From assembly GCA_965637545.1 (NCBI GenBank), contig OZ281499.1, forward strand, positions 26,846,001 through 26,910,000: 64,000 bases of DNA. The letters run 5' to 3'. Both the position numbers and the translations under genes were made by a program. This DNA comes from Phallusia mammillata (taxonomy: Eukaryota). Under the pieces are notes generated by a model. That model did not search any database. It saw nothing but the letters and a program-made list of their open reading frames with translations, and was not told the DNA's origin. This document shows positions 48,465 to 60,176 of the stretch, piece after piece (the first letter of the stretch is position 1; the number at the start of each line of letters is the position of its first letter).

Positions 48465-49406
48465 TTAAACATCTTCATTGTTGAGCTCTTCTTCGAAATC
48501 TACAGAAAAATAATTTTGTTTTAAACTTGTAATATTCTGTTATTCGTGACGATGTGGGTTCGAACCCAGCCTGGTTTTATGAAGGAAACGTTACATATTA
48601 GGATATTCTAATTGTATATTGTATAAGAAACATTTTGTTGGTGCAATATTCGAATATGTTTAGTTTTATAAAAATTAATTGCAAACGCCTCTCTTGAGAT
48701 GTCGAACTCAGGTTTAAACAGTTCTTAACCTTTGAAACGATCTTCCAATATTTTTAGATCCTCCTTCGCATTGTCGCTTCTTTCAAAATCCCACGCGATA
48801 GAAACCCTGCGCAAATATGACGCGAAATACTCCGATTACTTCAAACTACAAAGACGACTTGCACTTAATCATATTATAAGTCCTGGAAACATTTAGACCA
48901 GGGGTGTGCAATTTTTTTTACTGTAGGCCCAAAAACAATTACCGTGATTAGATCGCGGGCCGCACCTTTATACAACACAAGGTGATTTTGCTTGTGCGTA
49001 CCAAATATGCCTATCTTGAGTTAACAAGTAAAATCCACATTTGATTCTAGTCGCATATTGTCAGGTCACAGAAAGCAGCAACGGGCGCATTAATCTGCTC
49101 AAAAATGTATTATAATTGTACTCAATTTTTGTATAATTTTTATGTAATAATTGAAAAATTGAAAAGTTTGCCAGTACATTTGAAATCTCAGCGTCTCTGC
49201 TGGCCGCACAACCTTTAGTTAAGGGCCGCATTTGGCCCGCAGGCCACAGGTTGCACACCCCTGATTTATTCCACCACATACACTTACCCTCCGTTGACAC
49301 TTCGAACTTTTACAGCCAACTTCGCCTTTTTTCTCTTCTTGCTGCATACTGGATCAACCAAAAATGCCACCAACAAACAAACAACGAGCAACAAACGTAA
49401 CTTCAT
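48465..49406 (-). CDS. Secreted prepropeptide, subtype B (B3), 76 aa; exons 49406-49288, 48806-48730, 48499-48465
   Basis: MKLRLLLVVCLLVAFLVDPVCS-KKRKKAKLAVKVRSVNGG-VSIAWDFERSDNAKEDLKILEDRFKDFEEELNNEDV*; canonical splice sites. Confidence 0.8.
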
Positions 49407-50254
49407 TATAACTTCTGCTTAAAATCAGCTGCTATACAAAAGCATTATTCCTTACATACTTCTCGGAAACAAGCTTCGCCCTCTAAACCATTGATTCTCA
49501 AACGCGGCTTTCAGGGCCGCATGCGGCTCCCAACTACTTATTTTGCGGCTCGCACCAGACCTCATAAAACGACCAAAGATCGCTATTCTAGCTTTCAAGG
49601 TAATAATCTTTAGTGATTTACTAAAGGGTCTCGTTTTTTTGTGGATCCTTACACAATTAAAATAGTACTATTTGGCCCCGACAATAAAAAAGTTTGAGAA
49701 CCACTGCTCTAAACCATGACAATGCGGCTTCAAAAAACCTCTTGGATTTATTGTTTGTCTTGGTAACATACTATTCAGGAAACCCGCTTTAAATGTAAAA
49801 CTTTGAATGCAAACCAACACTTTCAAACCCTTACATTGTCAGCAACGTCTTCCACATTGACACTAACTTTGCAAATAAAATGTTGTTGATGTTAACGGCT
49901 CAAGCATATGTTAACTAGTAAGGCAACTGCGGAACAAGAACTAATAAACACTGCCAACTTCCAACTAACGAACTTTCCACATTTGCATCAACTCCGCAAC
50001 AACAATGTAGACTTACTGCCAGATGTAAAGATTACATTCAATATAAATGTTTTTATGCCTGTGATGCACATTTACAAAACATCGAGCACACTTGTTGTTG
50101 TTGTTGTTGACTTTATTAAATTCAGTAATCTGTATTTAAATCTGTGTATCTATCTGTTTACATAGTAACAAAGCGTAAAATTAATAACACATAAAACAAG
50201 TTATTAAAGTTTTAATCTCAGTTTCAGATTTAAATCAAGGCAACTTCGATATTT

Positions 50255-51765
50255 TTAGTTTATCCTTTTCATTCTGTCTTCTTCAATCATTTCATCTTCG
50301 AATTCTGCAAGAAAAATAAAATATTTCCTTAATTTTATGGCCTCGGTTTTGTAATCGTGGAGTTGTGGGTTCGATTTCCGACCTGACAAAGGTGTTTATA
50401 AGAGAAATGTGATATCACTGGGAACATTTATGATTTGTTGTTTAAACCACACCATTGCGGCTTTATATTGCGGATATATTTACTTAATATGAGAAAAATT
50501 ACAAACTGCTAACGCCTCAAGTGAGATCCAACACTTATTACCTCTGAGAAGATCTTCAAACATTTCAAGATCTTCGTTGTTGTCGTAATCCCATGATTTT
50601 GTAGGGAATGATTTTGTAGGGGATGATTTTTTAGGGGATGATTTTGTAGGGGATGATTTTTTAGGGGATAATTTTGTAGGGGATAATTTTGTAGGGAATG
50701 ATTTTTTAGGGGATGATTTTTTAGGGGATGATTTTGTAGGGGATGATTTTGTAGGAGATGATTTTGTAGGGAATGATTTTGTAGGAGATGATTTTTTAGG
50801 GGATAATTTTGTAGGGGATAATTTTTTAGGGGATGATTTTGTAGGGAATGGTTTTGTAGGGAATGATTTTTTAGAGAATGATTTTGTAGGGAATGATTTT
50901 TTAGGGGATGGTTTTGTAGGGAATGATTTTTTAGGGGATGATTTTTTAGGGGATGATTTTTTAGGGGATGATTTTGTAGGGGATGATTTTTTAGGGGATG
51001 GTTTTGTAGGGAATGATTTTTTAGGGAATGATTTTTTAGGGGATGATTTTTAGGGGATGATTTTGTAGGGAATGATTTTTTAGGGGATGATTTTTTAGGG
51101 GATGATTTTGTAGGGGATGATTTTTTAGGGGATAATTTTGTAGGGAATGGTTTTGTAGGGAATGATTTTTTAGGGAATGATTTTGTAGGAGATGATTTTT
51201 TAGGGAATGATTTTTTAGGAGATGATTTTTTACGGGATGATTTTGTAGGGGATGATTTTTTAGAGGATGGTTTTGTAGGGAATGATTTTTTAGGGGATGA
51301 TTTTTTAGGGGATGATTTTGTAGGGAATGGTTTTGTAGGGAATGATTTTTTAGGGAATGATTTTGTAGGAGATGGTTTTTTAGGGGATGATTTTTTAGGG
51401 GATAATTTTGTAGGGGATGATTTTTTAGGGAATGGTTTTGTAGGGAATGATTTTGTAGGGGATGATTTTATAGGGGATGACTTTAAAGGGAATGATTTTA
51501 TAGGGAATGATTTTATAGGGGATAATTTTATAGGGGATGATTTTGTAGGGAATGATTTTTTAGGGAATGATTTTTTAGGGGATGATTTTGTAGGGGATGA
51601 TTTTATAGGGAATGATTTGATAGGGAATGATTTTATAGGGAATGATTTTATAGGGGATAATTTCGGGATTGTGGTTTTCTTTATGTTCTTCTTCATGCTG
51701 TGTCCTGGTTCAACCACCATTGCAACCAACAAACAAACGACGAGCAACAAACTTAACTTTGTCAT
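50255..51765 (-). CDS. Repeat-expanded subtype A gene A5: exons 1+2 fused (51765-50542), exon 3 at 50304-50255, one 1-nt frameshift inside the repeat
   Basis: Signal peptide plus KKNIKKTTIP, then 71 pentapeptide units running directly into WDYDNNEDLEMFEDLLR. One unit is 14 nt (T5 instead of T6 at ~51047-51051). With that base restored the product is 424 aa. Confidence 0.7.
50594..51663 (-). repeat. Coding 15-nt minisatellite, 71 units (K-S-[SF]-P-[KTI])
   Basis: Period-15 array gg(g/a)atgatttt(t/g)tagg on the plus strand; the 1064 nt of full units equal 71x15-1. Confidence 0.95.
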
Positions 51766-52649
51766 CTCTTCTGTCTCGCTGCAAACACAATCATAATTTG
51801 AGCGGATTTGGAAAAAATCTATGCGTTTAAGCTGTGGCAGGGCTGTTCAATGCTATTTGAAATCGGCCTAATTAATATTTGTTCTGTTATTGAAAGCTAA
51901 CAAAAGATCTTCCAATACATTGTCTATTTCGTACCGAGCTACTAACTTTGTAAACAAACTGTTTTTGATATTAACGGCCCAACATATGTTTACGCAGTTA
52001 CTTGCAAGACAAGAACTAATAAACACAATCTACTTCCAGACAAGCAGACCACACAACCGCATATCTGCCTTACAACACAAAACAACTCTCTTTTGTTGAT
52101 GTTGTTTAATACTTGAAGATTCACACCGACAACTCACTGCAATGTTGCAAACACTTTCTGCGGACTAACAGATTAAACTTGATCACTTGCTTTTCATCCT
52201 GAACCAACATATGTCACAATGTATTGCTGGAAGTTTGCACCGAAGTGAACTCAACTTATACACAGCAAGTTCTGATGGGAAATCCACATGAAAGTTTGAT
52301 AAACATCCCGTTTCCAACTCATGTTGGATATTTGTGTTTTCATGGGATGTGACAATGTGAACTTTGTCAATTATTGCTGTAAAGTTCAAGGGTATACAAC
52401 CCTCGCGGTGGACCAAATTAAATTTCCGTGATTATATCGCGAGCCGCACACCATGTGATTTTACTTTGTTGCACATATTACTAACCTTCACATTGTATTG
52501 AAGACGCATTATTGTCGCATAAACGATCAGCTTCAAAAATATAAAACATTTGGATTCGTTTGCCAGTAAATTTGAATTCCCAGCGTTTCTGCTGGCCGTA
52601 CATCCTTTGGTCAATGGGCCTCATTCGCAGGTTGCACACTTCTGATTTT

Positions 52650-52755
52650 TTCCAACACATTTACAGCCAACTTCGCCTTTTTTCTTCTTGCAGCATCCTG
52701 GATCAACAAACATTGCCACCAACAAACAAACAACGAGCAACAAACGTAACTTCAT
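52650..52755 (-). pseudogene. Subtype B exon 1 fragment B4
   Basis: MKLRLLLVVCLLVAMFVDPGCCKKKK then a 2-nt deletion and truncation into the intron MITE; exons 2-3 are absent. Confidence 0.7.
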
Positions 52756-53364
52756 TATAACTTCTTCTTAAAATCAGCTGCTAATACAGAAGCATTATTC
52801 TTTACATATTTCTCGGGAACGAGATTCGTCCTCTAAACTATGACAAAGTAGTTTCAAAATAGCTCTTGGATTTAATGTTTGTCATGGTAGAATACTTATT
52901 AGGAAACCGCTTTAAATGTAAAACCCTAAATACAAACCAATGCTTTTGGACTGTTACGTTGTCAGTACCGTCTTTCACATAAACACCAACTTTGCAAACA
53001 AGCAACTGTTGATGTTAACGACTCAAGCATATGTTGACTAGTAATGCAACTACACATACAACTTCCAACTTACAAACTCTCCAAATTTGCATTAACCCCA
53101 CAATAACTTTGTTGGTTGCTGCTGATATTCAGGGCGTTCATTCGAGTATAATGAATGTTCTTTATTTCTGTGACGCACATTTACAAAAAAAAGTTGTTCG
53201 TTTTGATGAGTTTATTAAATTCAGCTATCTGTATTCAAATCTGTGTCTCTTTCTGTTTACATTGCAACATATGACGTAAAATTAATAGCACATAAAACAA
53301 GTTATTAAAGTTTCAAACTCAGTTTCACATCAGAATATTGACAACTTCAATATTTTTCATTTCA

Positions 53365-54213
53365 TCATTTTCTTCTTCTCTCTTCTTCAATTGTTTCATC
53401 TTCGGAATCTGCAAAAAAATTAAATATTTGTTTAAGTTTATGCCATCAGTTTTGTAATCGTGGAGTTTTGGGTTCGATTCCCGACCTGACAAAGGTGTTT
53501 ATAAGAGAAATGTGATATCACTGGGAAGATTTATGGTTTGTTGTTTAAAACACAGCATTGCGGCTTTATAATGCGGATATATTTACTTGAGAAAAATTAC
53601 AAACTGCAAACGCCTCAAGTGAGATCTTGTAAGCAACACTTGTTACCTCTGAGAAGATCTTCGAACATTTCAAGATCTTCGTTGTTTTCGAAATCCCACG
53701 CAATAGAAACACTATGAAACAAAAAAATTCAAATTATTTAGCTTAAAATGTTCCAAGGCTGGGAAGATGGAAGGCCAAATGAATGAGGACAAATACTTGG
53801 CAGACCATAAATAGGGACACTCATTTGCTGTTCTAATCGACGCCAGGTTTGGAAACCCAAATATACTTTAACTAAACGCGTTGATAGCGTCGTAAAGTAC
53901 TTGTTATCTCGTATATAAACACGCATTGTATTTGCCTGACTGTCAGCCGAAAGTGTTGATGGACCGCATGCGACTCACATGTCACAATTTGACCTGATTT
54001 ACATCGTTTGTAACTCGGTTGTATGTGACCAACTCCTCACAATTGAACTTGTATTTTGTGTTTAAAGCCATCTTACCCTCCATTGATTCTTCCCAATACG
54101 GGAGACAAACCCTGGATTTTGGTTTTCTTTCTTTTCTTCTTCTTGCTGTGTCCTGGATCAACCAACATTGCAACTAACAAACAAACGACAAGCAACAAAC
54201 TTAACTTGGTCAT
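53365..54213 (-). CDS. Secreted prepropeptide, subtype A (A4), 81 aa; exons 54213-54077, 53711-53647, 53408-53365
   Basis: MTKLSLLLVVCLLVAMLVDPGHS-KKKKRKKTKIQGLSPVLGRINGG-VSIAWDFENNEDLEMFEDLLRDSEDETIEEERRRK*; all splice sites canonical. Confidence 0.8.
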
Positions 54214-55144
54214 CTCTTCTGCTTGGAATCAACTGTGAACATAAGAAACATTACGCCGCGCGTCTGGTTCTCTGCAAACACACAAAACGATAAAAATACC
54301 TTTTTGCAATTTAAGCGAACTCAAGAGCTTTGATCTGTGATATAACTGCGGAACAGCTGTTGTTGTTTTACTTATGCTATTTGAAATCGGGTCAATTTAC
54401 TTTTTTCACAGTTAAAAGCACGATTTTGTAGGGAAATCCGTTAGTGGAAGCCAGCAATCATAATTCTGACAGTCCGTCTATTACTTGCGAAGTAACTAAC
54501 TTTGTAAACAAAGTGTTGTTGCTTTTAACGACCCAACATATGTTAATCACGGAATTACATACAAGGCAAGAATTAATAAACATTATCTACTTCCAGGCAG
54601 AGGAAACGCCCTCTTAACCGCAGATCTGCCTTCCAATACAAAACAGTGCTTGCAGCTCGTTAAAATCGCCCATCCATACCAAACGTCCGTATGCACTTCC
54701 CGTTTTAACAATGAGTTTAGCAAACAGTTTTGTTGATGTTGTTTCATACTTGAGAAGAACCACAAACAATTGACACGACTAACTTTCAGCATTTCCAACA
54801 CATAATGTTCCGCAAACTTTCGGTAAGTGTCTACTTTCCTTATATCTCTAAATTCACAATAGGTTGCAGTATAGGTTTTCTGCTGATATTTAGGGCCCAC
54901 ATTTCAGTCTAAGTCTCTCTATTCGACTTTCACATGAAAAGATCACATTCAACATAAATGTTCTTTATGCCTGTGATGCACATTTACAAAAACATCGACC
55001 AAAGTTTGTTTTGTTTTGTTGACTTTATTCAATTCAGCGAGACTTGTTTAAATCTGTTTACATTGTAGCGAAGCGTACAATTAACCGCACATAAAAAATC
55101 TTGTTAAGTTTCCAAAATAGGTGTTAGAGGCAACTTCGATATTT

Positions 55145-56913
55145 TTAGTTTATCCTTTTCATTATGTCTTCTTTAATCAGTTCATCTTCGAATTCTGCAA
55201 GAACATAAAATATTTGTTTAATTTTATTTCATCGGTTTTGTTCTCGTGGAGTTGTGGGTTCGATTCCCGACCTGACAAAGGAATTTAAGAAGAAATGTGA
55301 TATCACTGGGACGATTTATGGTTCGTTGTTTAAACCACAGCATTGCGGCTTTATATTGCGGATATATTTAATTATTATGAGAAAAATTACAAACTGCAAA
55401 CGCCTCAAGTGAGATCTTGTAACCAACACTTGTTACCTCTGAGAAGATCTTCAAACATTTCAAGATCTTCGTTGTTTTCGAAATCCCACAGAATAGGAAC
55501 CCTACGAAAAGTTTTATGCAAAATATTGAGATCATTTATAACTTGGTTTTGCATTTTCTAACAACTAATTTCAAGTTTTGTCATTTGTGTTTACAAAACA
55601 TCTTACCATTCGTTGATGGTCATCGATATAGGGATTAATTTTATAGGGGATTTCTTTATAGGGGATAATTTTATAAGGGATGATTTGATAGGGAATGATT
55701 TTGTAGGGGATGATTTTATAGGGGATGATTTCATAGGGAATGATTTTACAGGGGATGATTTTATAGGGAATGATTTTGTAGGGAATGATTTTGTAGGGGA
55801 TTTCTTTATAGGGGATGATTTTATAGGGAATGATTTTATAGGGAATGATTTTGTAGGGAATGATTTTATAGGGAATGATTTTGTAGGGAATGATTTTGTA
55901 GGGAATGATTTTATGGGGGATTTCTTTATAGGGGATGATTTTATAGGGAATGATTTTATAGGGAATGATTTTATAGGGGATGATTTTATAGGGAATGATT
56001 TTATAGGGAATGATTTTATAGGGGATGATTTTATAGGGGATGATTTTATAGGGAATGATTTTATAGGGAATGATTTTATAGGGGATGATTTTATAGGGAA
56101 TGATTTTATAGGGAATGATTTTATAGGGGATGATTTTATAGGGAATGATTTTATAGGGAATGATTTTATAGGGAATGATTTTATAGGGAATGATTTTGTA
56201 GGGAATGATTTTGTAGGGGATTTCTTTATAGGGGATGATTTTATAGGGAATGATTTTATAGGGAATGATTTTATAGGGGATGATTTTATAGGGAATGATT
56301 TTATAGGGAATGATTTTATAGGGAATGATTTTACAGGGGATGATTTTATAGGGAATGATTTTGTAGGGAATGATTTTGTAGGGGATTTCTTTATAGGGGA
56401 TGATTTTATAGGGAATGATTTTATAGGGAATGATTTTGTAGGGAATGATTTTATAGGGAATGATTTTGTAGGGAATGATTTTGTAGGGAATGATTTTATG
56501 GGGGATTTCTTTATAGGGGATGATTTTATAGGGAATGATTTTATAGGGAATGATTTTATAGGGGATGATTTTATAGGGAATGATTTTATAGGGAATGATT
56601 TTATAGGGGATGATTTTATAGGGGATGATTTTATAGGGAATGATTTTATAGGGAATGATTTTATAGGGGATGATTTTATAGGGAATGATTTTATAGGGAA
56701 TGATTTTATAGGGGATGATTTTATAGGGAATGATTTTATAGGGAATGATTTTATAGGGAATGATTTTATAGGGAATGATTTTATAGGGGATGATTTTATA
56801 GGGGATAATTTCGGGATTGTGGTTTTCTTTATGTTCTTCTTCTTGCTGTTTCCTGGTTCAACCACCATTGCAACCAACAAACAAACGACAAGCAACAAAC
56901 TCAACTTTGTCAT
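55145..56913 (-). CDS. Repeat-expanded subtype A gene A6, intact, 473 aa; exons 56913-55607, 55501-55437, 55194-55145
   Basis: Signal peptide, 79 K-S-[FS]-P-[IT] units, SMTINE, phase-2 donor TG|GTAAG, then WVPILWDFENNEDLEMFEDLLR-EFEDELIKEDIMKRIN*. Confidence 0.85.
55627..56811 (-). repeat. Coding 15-nt minisatellite, 79 units, with a 585-bp higher-order duplication
   Basis: Period-15 array; rare variant units (ttaca, ttatg) recur exactly 585 bp apart (55746/56331 and 55911/56496). Confidence 0.95.
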
Positions 56914-57784
56914 CTCTTCTGTCTCGCTGCAAACACAATCATAATTTGAGCGGATTTAGAAAAAATCTATGCGTTTAAGCTGTGGTAGGGCTGTTTTTTC
57001 TGCAATGCTATTTGAAATCGGCTTAATTAATATTTGTCCTGTTATTTAAAGCTAACAAAAGATCTTCCAATACATTGTCTTTTTCGTACCGAGCTACAAA
57101 CTTTGTCAACAAACTGTTTTTGATGTTAACGGCCCCACATATATTTACGGAATTACATGCAAGACAAGAACTAATCAACACAATCTACTTCCAGACAACC
57201 AGACCACACAACCGCATATCTGCCTTCCAACACAAAACAACTCTGTTTTTTCCAACACATTGTTTAATACTTCGTGATTCACACCGACAACTCACTGCAA
57301 TGTTGCAAACACTTTATGCGGACTAACAGATTAAACTTAATCTCTTGCTTTTCATCCCAAACCAACATATGTCACAATGTATTGCTGGAAGTTTGCACCG
57401 AAGTGAACTCAACTTATACACAGGAAGTTGTGATGTGAAATCCACATGAAAGTTTGATAAACATCCTGTTTCTAACTCATGTTGGATATTTGTGTTTTCA
57501 TGGGATGTGACAATGTGAACTTTGCAAAATACTGCAGTTAAGTTTTAACTATATTACCATCTCAATCTGCGCAGCTATTTCCACTCGAAAAATCCTATTT
57601 CCATCCGATACAACTTGCGTTTTCTTGCGTAAGCCACATACTGTGAACAGCCGCTGTCAGACCTATTTCAGAATTATTAAACTTGACAACAATCCCACAT
57701 TGAACTGATCTGATGATTTATTTTATTTTAGGTGACAATTCGAAATGGGCGCCCTTGAAGCTGATTGGTCAAACCACGGTGACT

Positions 57785-58637
57785 TTATCCCCCTGGTGGC
57801 CGTGCGTAGTTGTTTTCGATTTGACTTTGAATGTCTGGAAAACGCGATAAAATACAAATAACTGTGCTTAGATGTTTTGATTTCGATCTAAATACAGTAT
57901 TTTTTATGCAACTTATTTTTTTGTTTTAAACGCAGCAGGTCGATTGACCAACTTTTCAACCTCATGCTAAGATTACAATTTCCAATCTTGATGCGATTAT
58001 CCAGAACATAATATTAACCGTTATGCAACTAACTGAATCCTCTTGTATTTCGGTTCAGGTTCACTCAGTGACGTTTACTTCGTTTTTCTCGGTCGTCTGC
58101 ATCTTCCAGTTGATCTGAATCACCACTGCAAAACACAAGTTGGTTTAAAAAGTAGCACAACACAACGCTGCCGGAAATACACCGTTTTGATTTCCGGTTT
58201 GGATCAGATATTTGAAGGCTTCCATCACAAGCACAAACAGTTTTTTTCCTGCAGAAATGAGGACAGGCCCGAAAAATCCCGAACGCGAAAGTATAAACAA
58301 AAACCCGACCCGATTTCGGATTTATAACAGGTCGACATTTATGACACAAATTTGGCAAAGTCCAACTAAAAGCCAAACCCGAACTGTATTGCAACTACAT
58401 GTGTGCGGGAATAAAAACATTTTTGTGGTTAAATCTAATCGGTAGCAACACACGATAAAATACTTGATTTACCACAAGCATTTATAGCTGGGTTTGTAAC
58501 TTTAAAAAAATCCTGTTAAATTGAATTATTTACTACTTGATGAATCTTGACTTTCCTGGTTTGACGACAAAAGCCGACCTCGCAAGGTTTGTGACGACCA
58601 AAACGACGAGCAGAAGAATCAACGTATGTTTATTCAT
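57785..58637 (-). CDS. Secreted prepropeptide, subtype C (C3, own exon 1), 65 aa; exons 58637-58537, 58125-58079, 57834-57785
   Basis: MNKHTLILLLVVLVVTNLARS-AFVVKPGKSRFIN-GDSDQLEDADDREKR-NIQSQIENNYARPPGG*. The intron 1 donor (GTAGTA) is weak but in phase, and intron 1 is homologous to those of C1/C2. Confidence 0.65.
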
Positions 58638-59500
58638 CTTTGCAGCAGATTATGGCTGATGACTTGACAATTTTTATTTTTAGTTGAAACCTAAGTGAAG
58701 TTGATGCAGCTAAACATAAAAGTTATCACCAAATTTTTCTTGTTGTTTAAACAAATGTAATCTTGGAAGTTTAACAACAAATTTTTAAAGTGTAGCTTCA
58801 ATGATCCATTATTGTGACCCTACTCGTTTTGCGCTTCATGCCGTTCTAATACTACACAACCACACTGGGTTAGTGATTTTATTGGTACAAATATGCCGCT
58901 ACGAACTTTTTATCACCCAATATAAACTTTTCATTAGTTTGTTCAAAGTTTTCAAATCGGCAAAGTTAGTAAAACTGCCAACTGCATCAGCACCAAGCAA
59001 CCGCTTCAAACTGACGAGTTAAAATTAAACAAAGACTTTTTCAACTGCAAGTATTCTTAAAACATACGGCAAGCAAGCAGTTTTTCCCAACAACCACTTT
59101 TTCTGAAACCGTAAAATTTTTCCTTAAAACGTACGGCAGACAGTTTTCTCCCTAACAATTAATTTTTTCGCAACATATGGAAACAATGAAGCAGAATAAT
59201 ATGCATGGTATTGTTGCAACCAACGCAATTGCATGTTCCTTTTCCTTGTTTGCTGTGCGACCCTGTTCTTAAGCGTCTAGCCATAGGATATAAAGTTGCG
59301 TTAAAAAAAAGGGTGACTGCCACCTCACACATGTATAAGCATTTGCTGGTTGACTGGTAATACTGGGCCTAAATCGATACAATGTACTAACAATATTTAC
59401 ACGATTCTGTATTTATTTTTCTTCCGTAAACACCAAACATTCTTGCAATGGTTACATTTAAAGTCAACGACAACAATATTCAAATCCATCGACAATCTAT

Positions 59501-60176
59501 TTATAATCCCAATTCGTTCAGAAAATCCAAATCCAGCTCTTCGACATCTGACAAACAATTTTTTTCTTTAAATAACTAACATGTCATTCCGAACAAATGG
59601 ATTATGACATCAATGTAACTTTATATACTATATATTGTTTATGTAAAGTTATTTGATTCATTTTTACACTTTACAAATTCATAATTAAGGACAAAGCTGT
59701 TTTGAGTTTGTGCACATCTCACATCTCACCTCTGGTCAACTGATCCAAGTTTTCCTCCGAAAGTTGTTCCGAATCTTCATCTCCGTCCTCATCCCAAGGT
59801 ACGGAAGATCTGTGCACAAAAGTTTGTGATCAGGTTTGTAAATATTTTGGATTTGTTTTGACTTGTTTTAACATAAGGAAACATATCATCAATAAGGAAA
59901 ATGAGCAAATTGCGTAGCCTACAATATATAAAATGTAAGCCGTATATCAAGACAAAGTGTTAAGTCTTTTAAGGAGTGACACGGCTGGAAATATGTCACA
60001 TTTTCCGTTGTTTTGTTCTCGGGTGGCAAAGTTTTGTCATACCTCATAATAAAACATCGTAATAAACCACCAAAGGTTTAAATCAACTATACCAACCCTC
60101 CATTATTCGAAGTATACCCTCCAACAATGCAAGTGAACATCAAACAAAACACGAACAACAAAGTCAGCTTGTACAT
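59501..60176 (-). CDS. Secreted acidic prepropeptide, subtype D (D3), 68 aa; exons 60176-60097, 59809-59730, 59547-59501
   Basis: MYKLTLLFVFCLMFTCIVGGYTSNNGGSSVPWDEDGDEDSEQLSEENLDQLTRDVEELDLDFLNELGL*. Confidence 0.78.

Noticed and set aside
52276-52288. NF-kB-like site GGGAAATCCA upstream of A5
   Set aside because: 9/10 match in one copy only; paralogs read GTGAAATCCA, so it is not supportable.
50594-56811. CRISPR-like or non-coding satellite interpretation of the 15-nt arrays
   Set aside because: There are no unique spacers, the context is eukaryotic, and the arrays sit in frame within signal-peptide genes.
55613-56944. 443-aa plus-strand ORF of GNDFI/GDDFI repeats
   Set aside because: It is the antisense shadow of A6: a stop-free 15-nt unit gives long ORFs on both strands, and only the minus frame has a signal peptide, splice sites and family homology.
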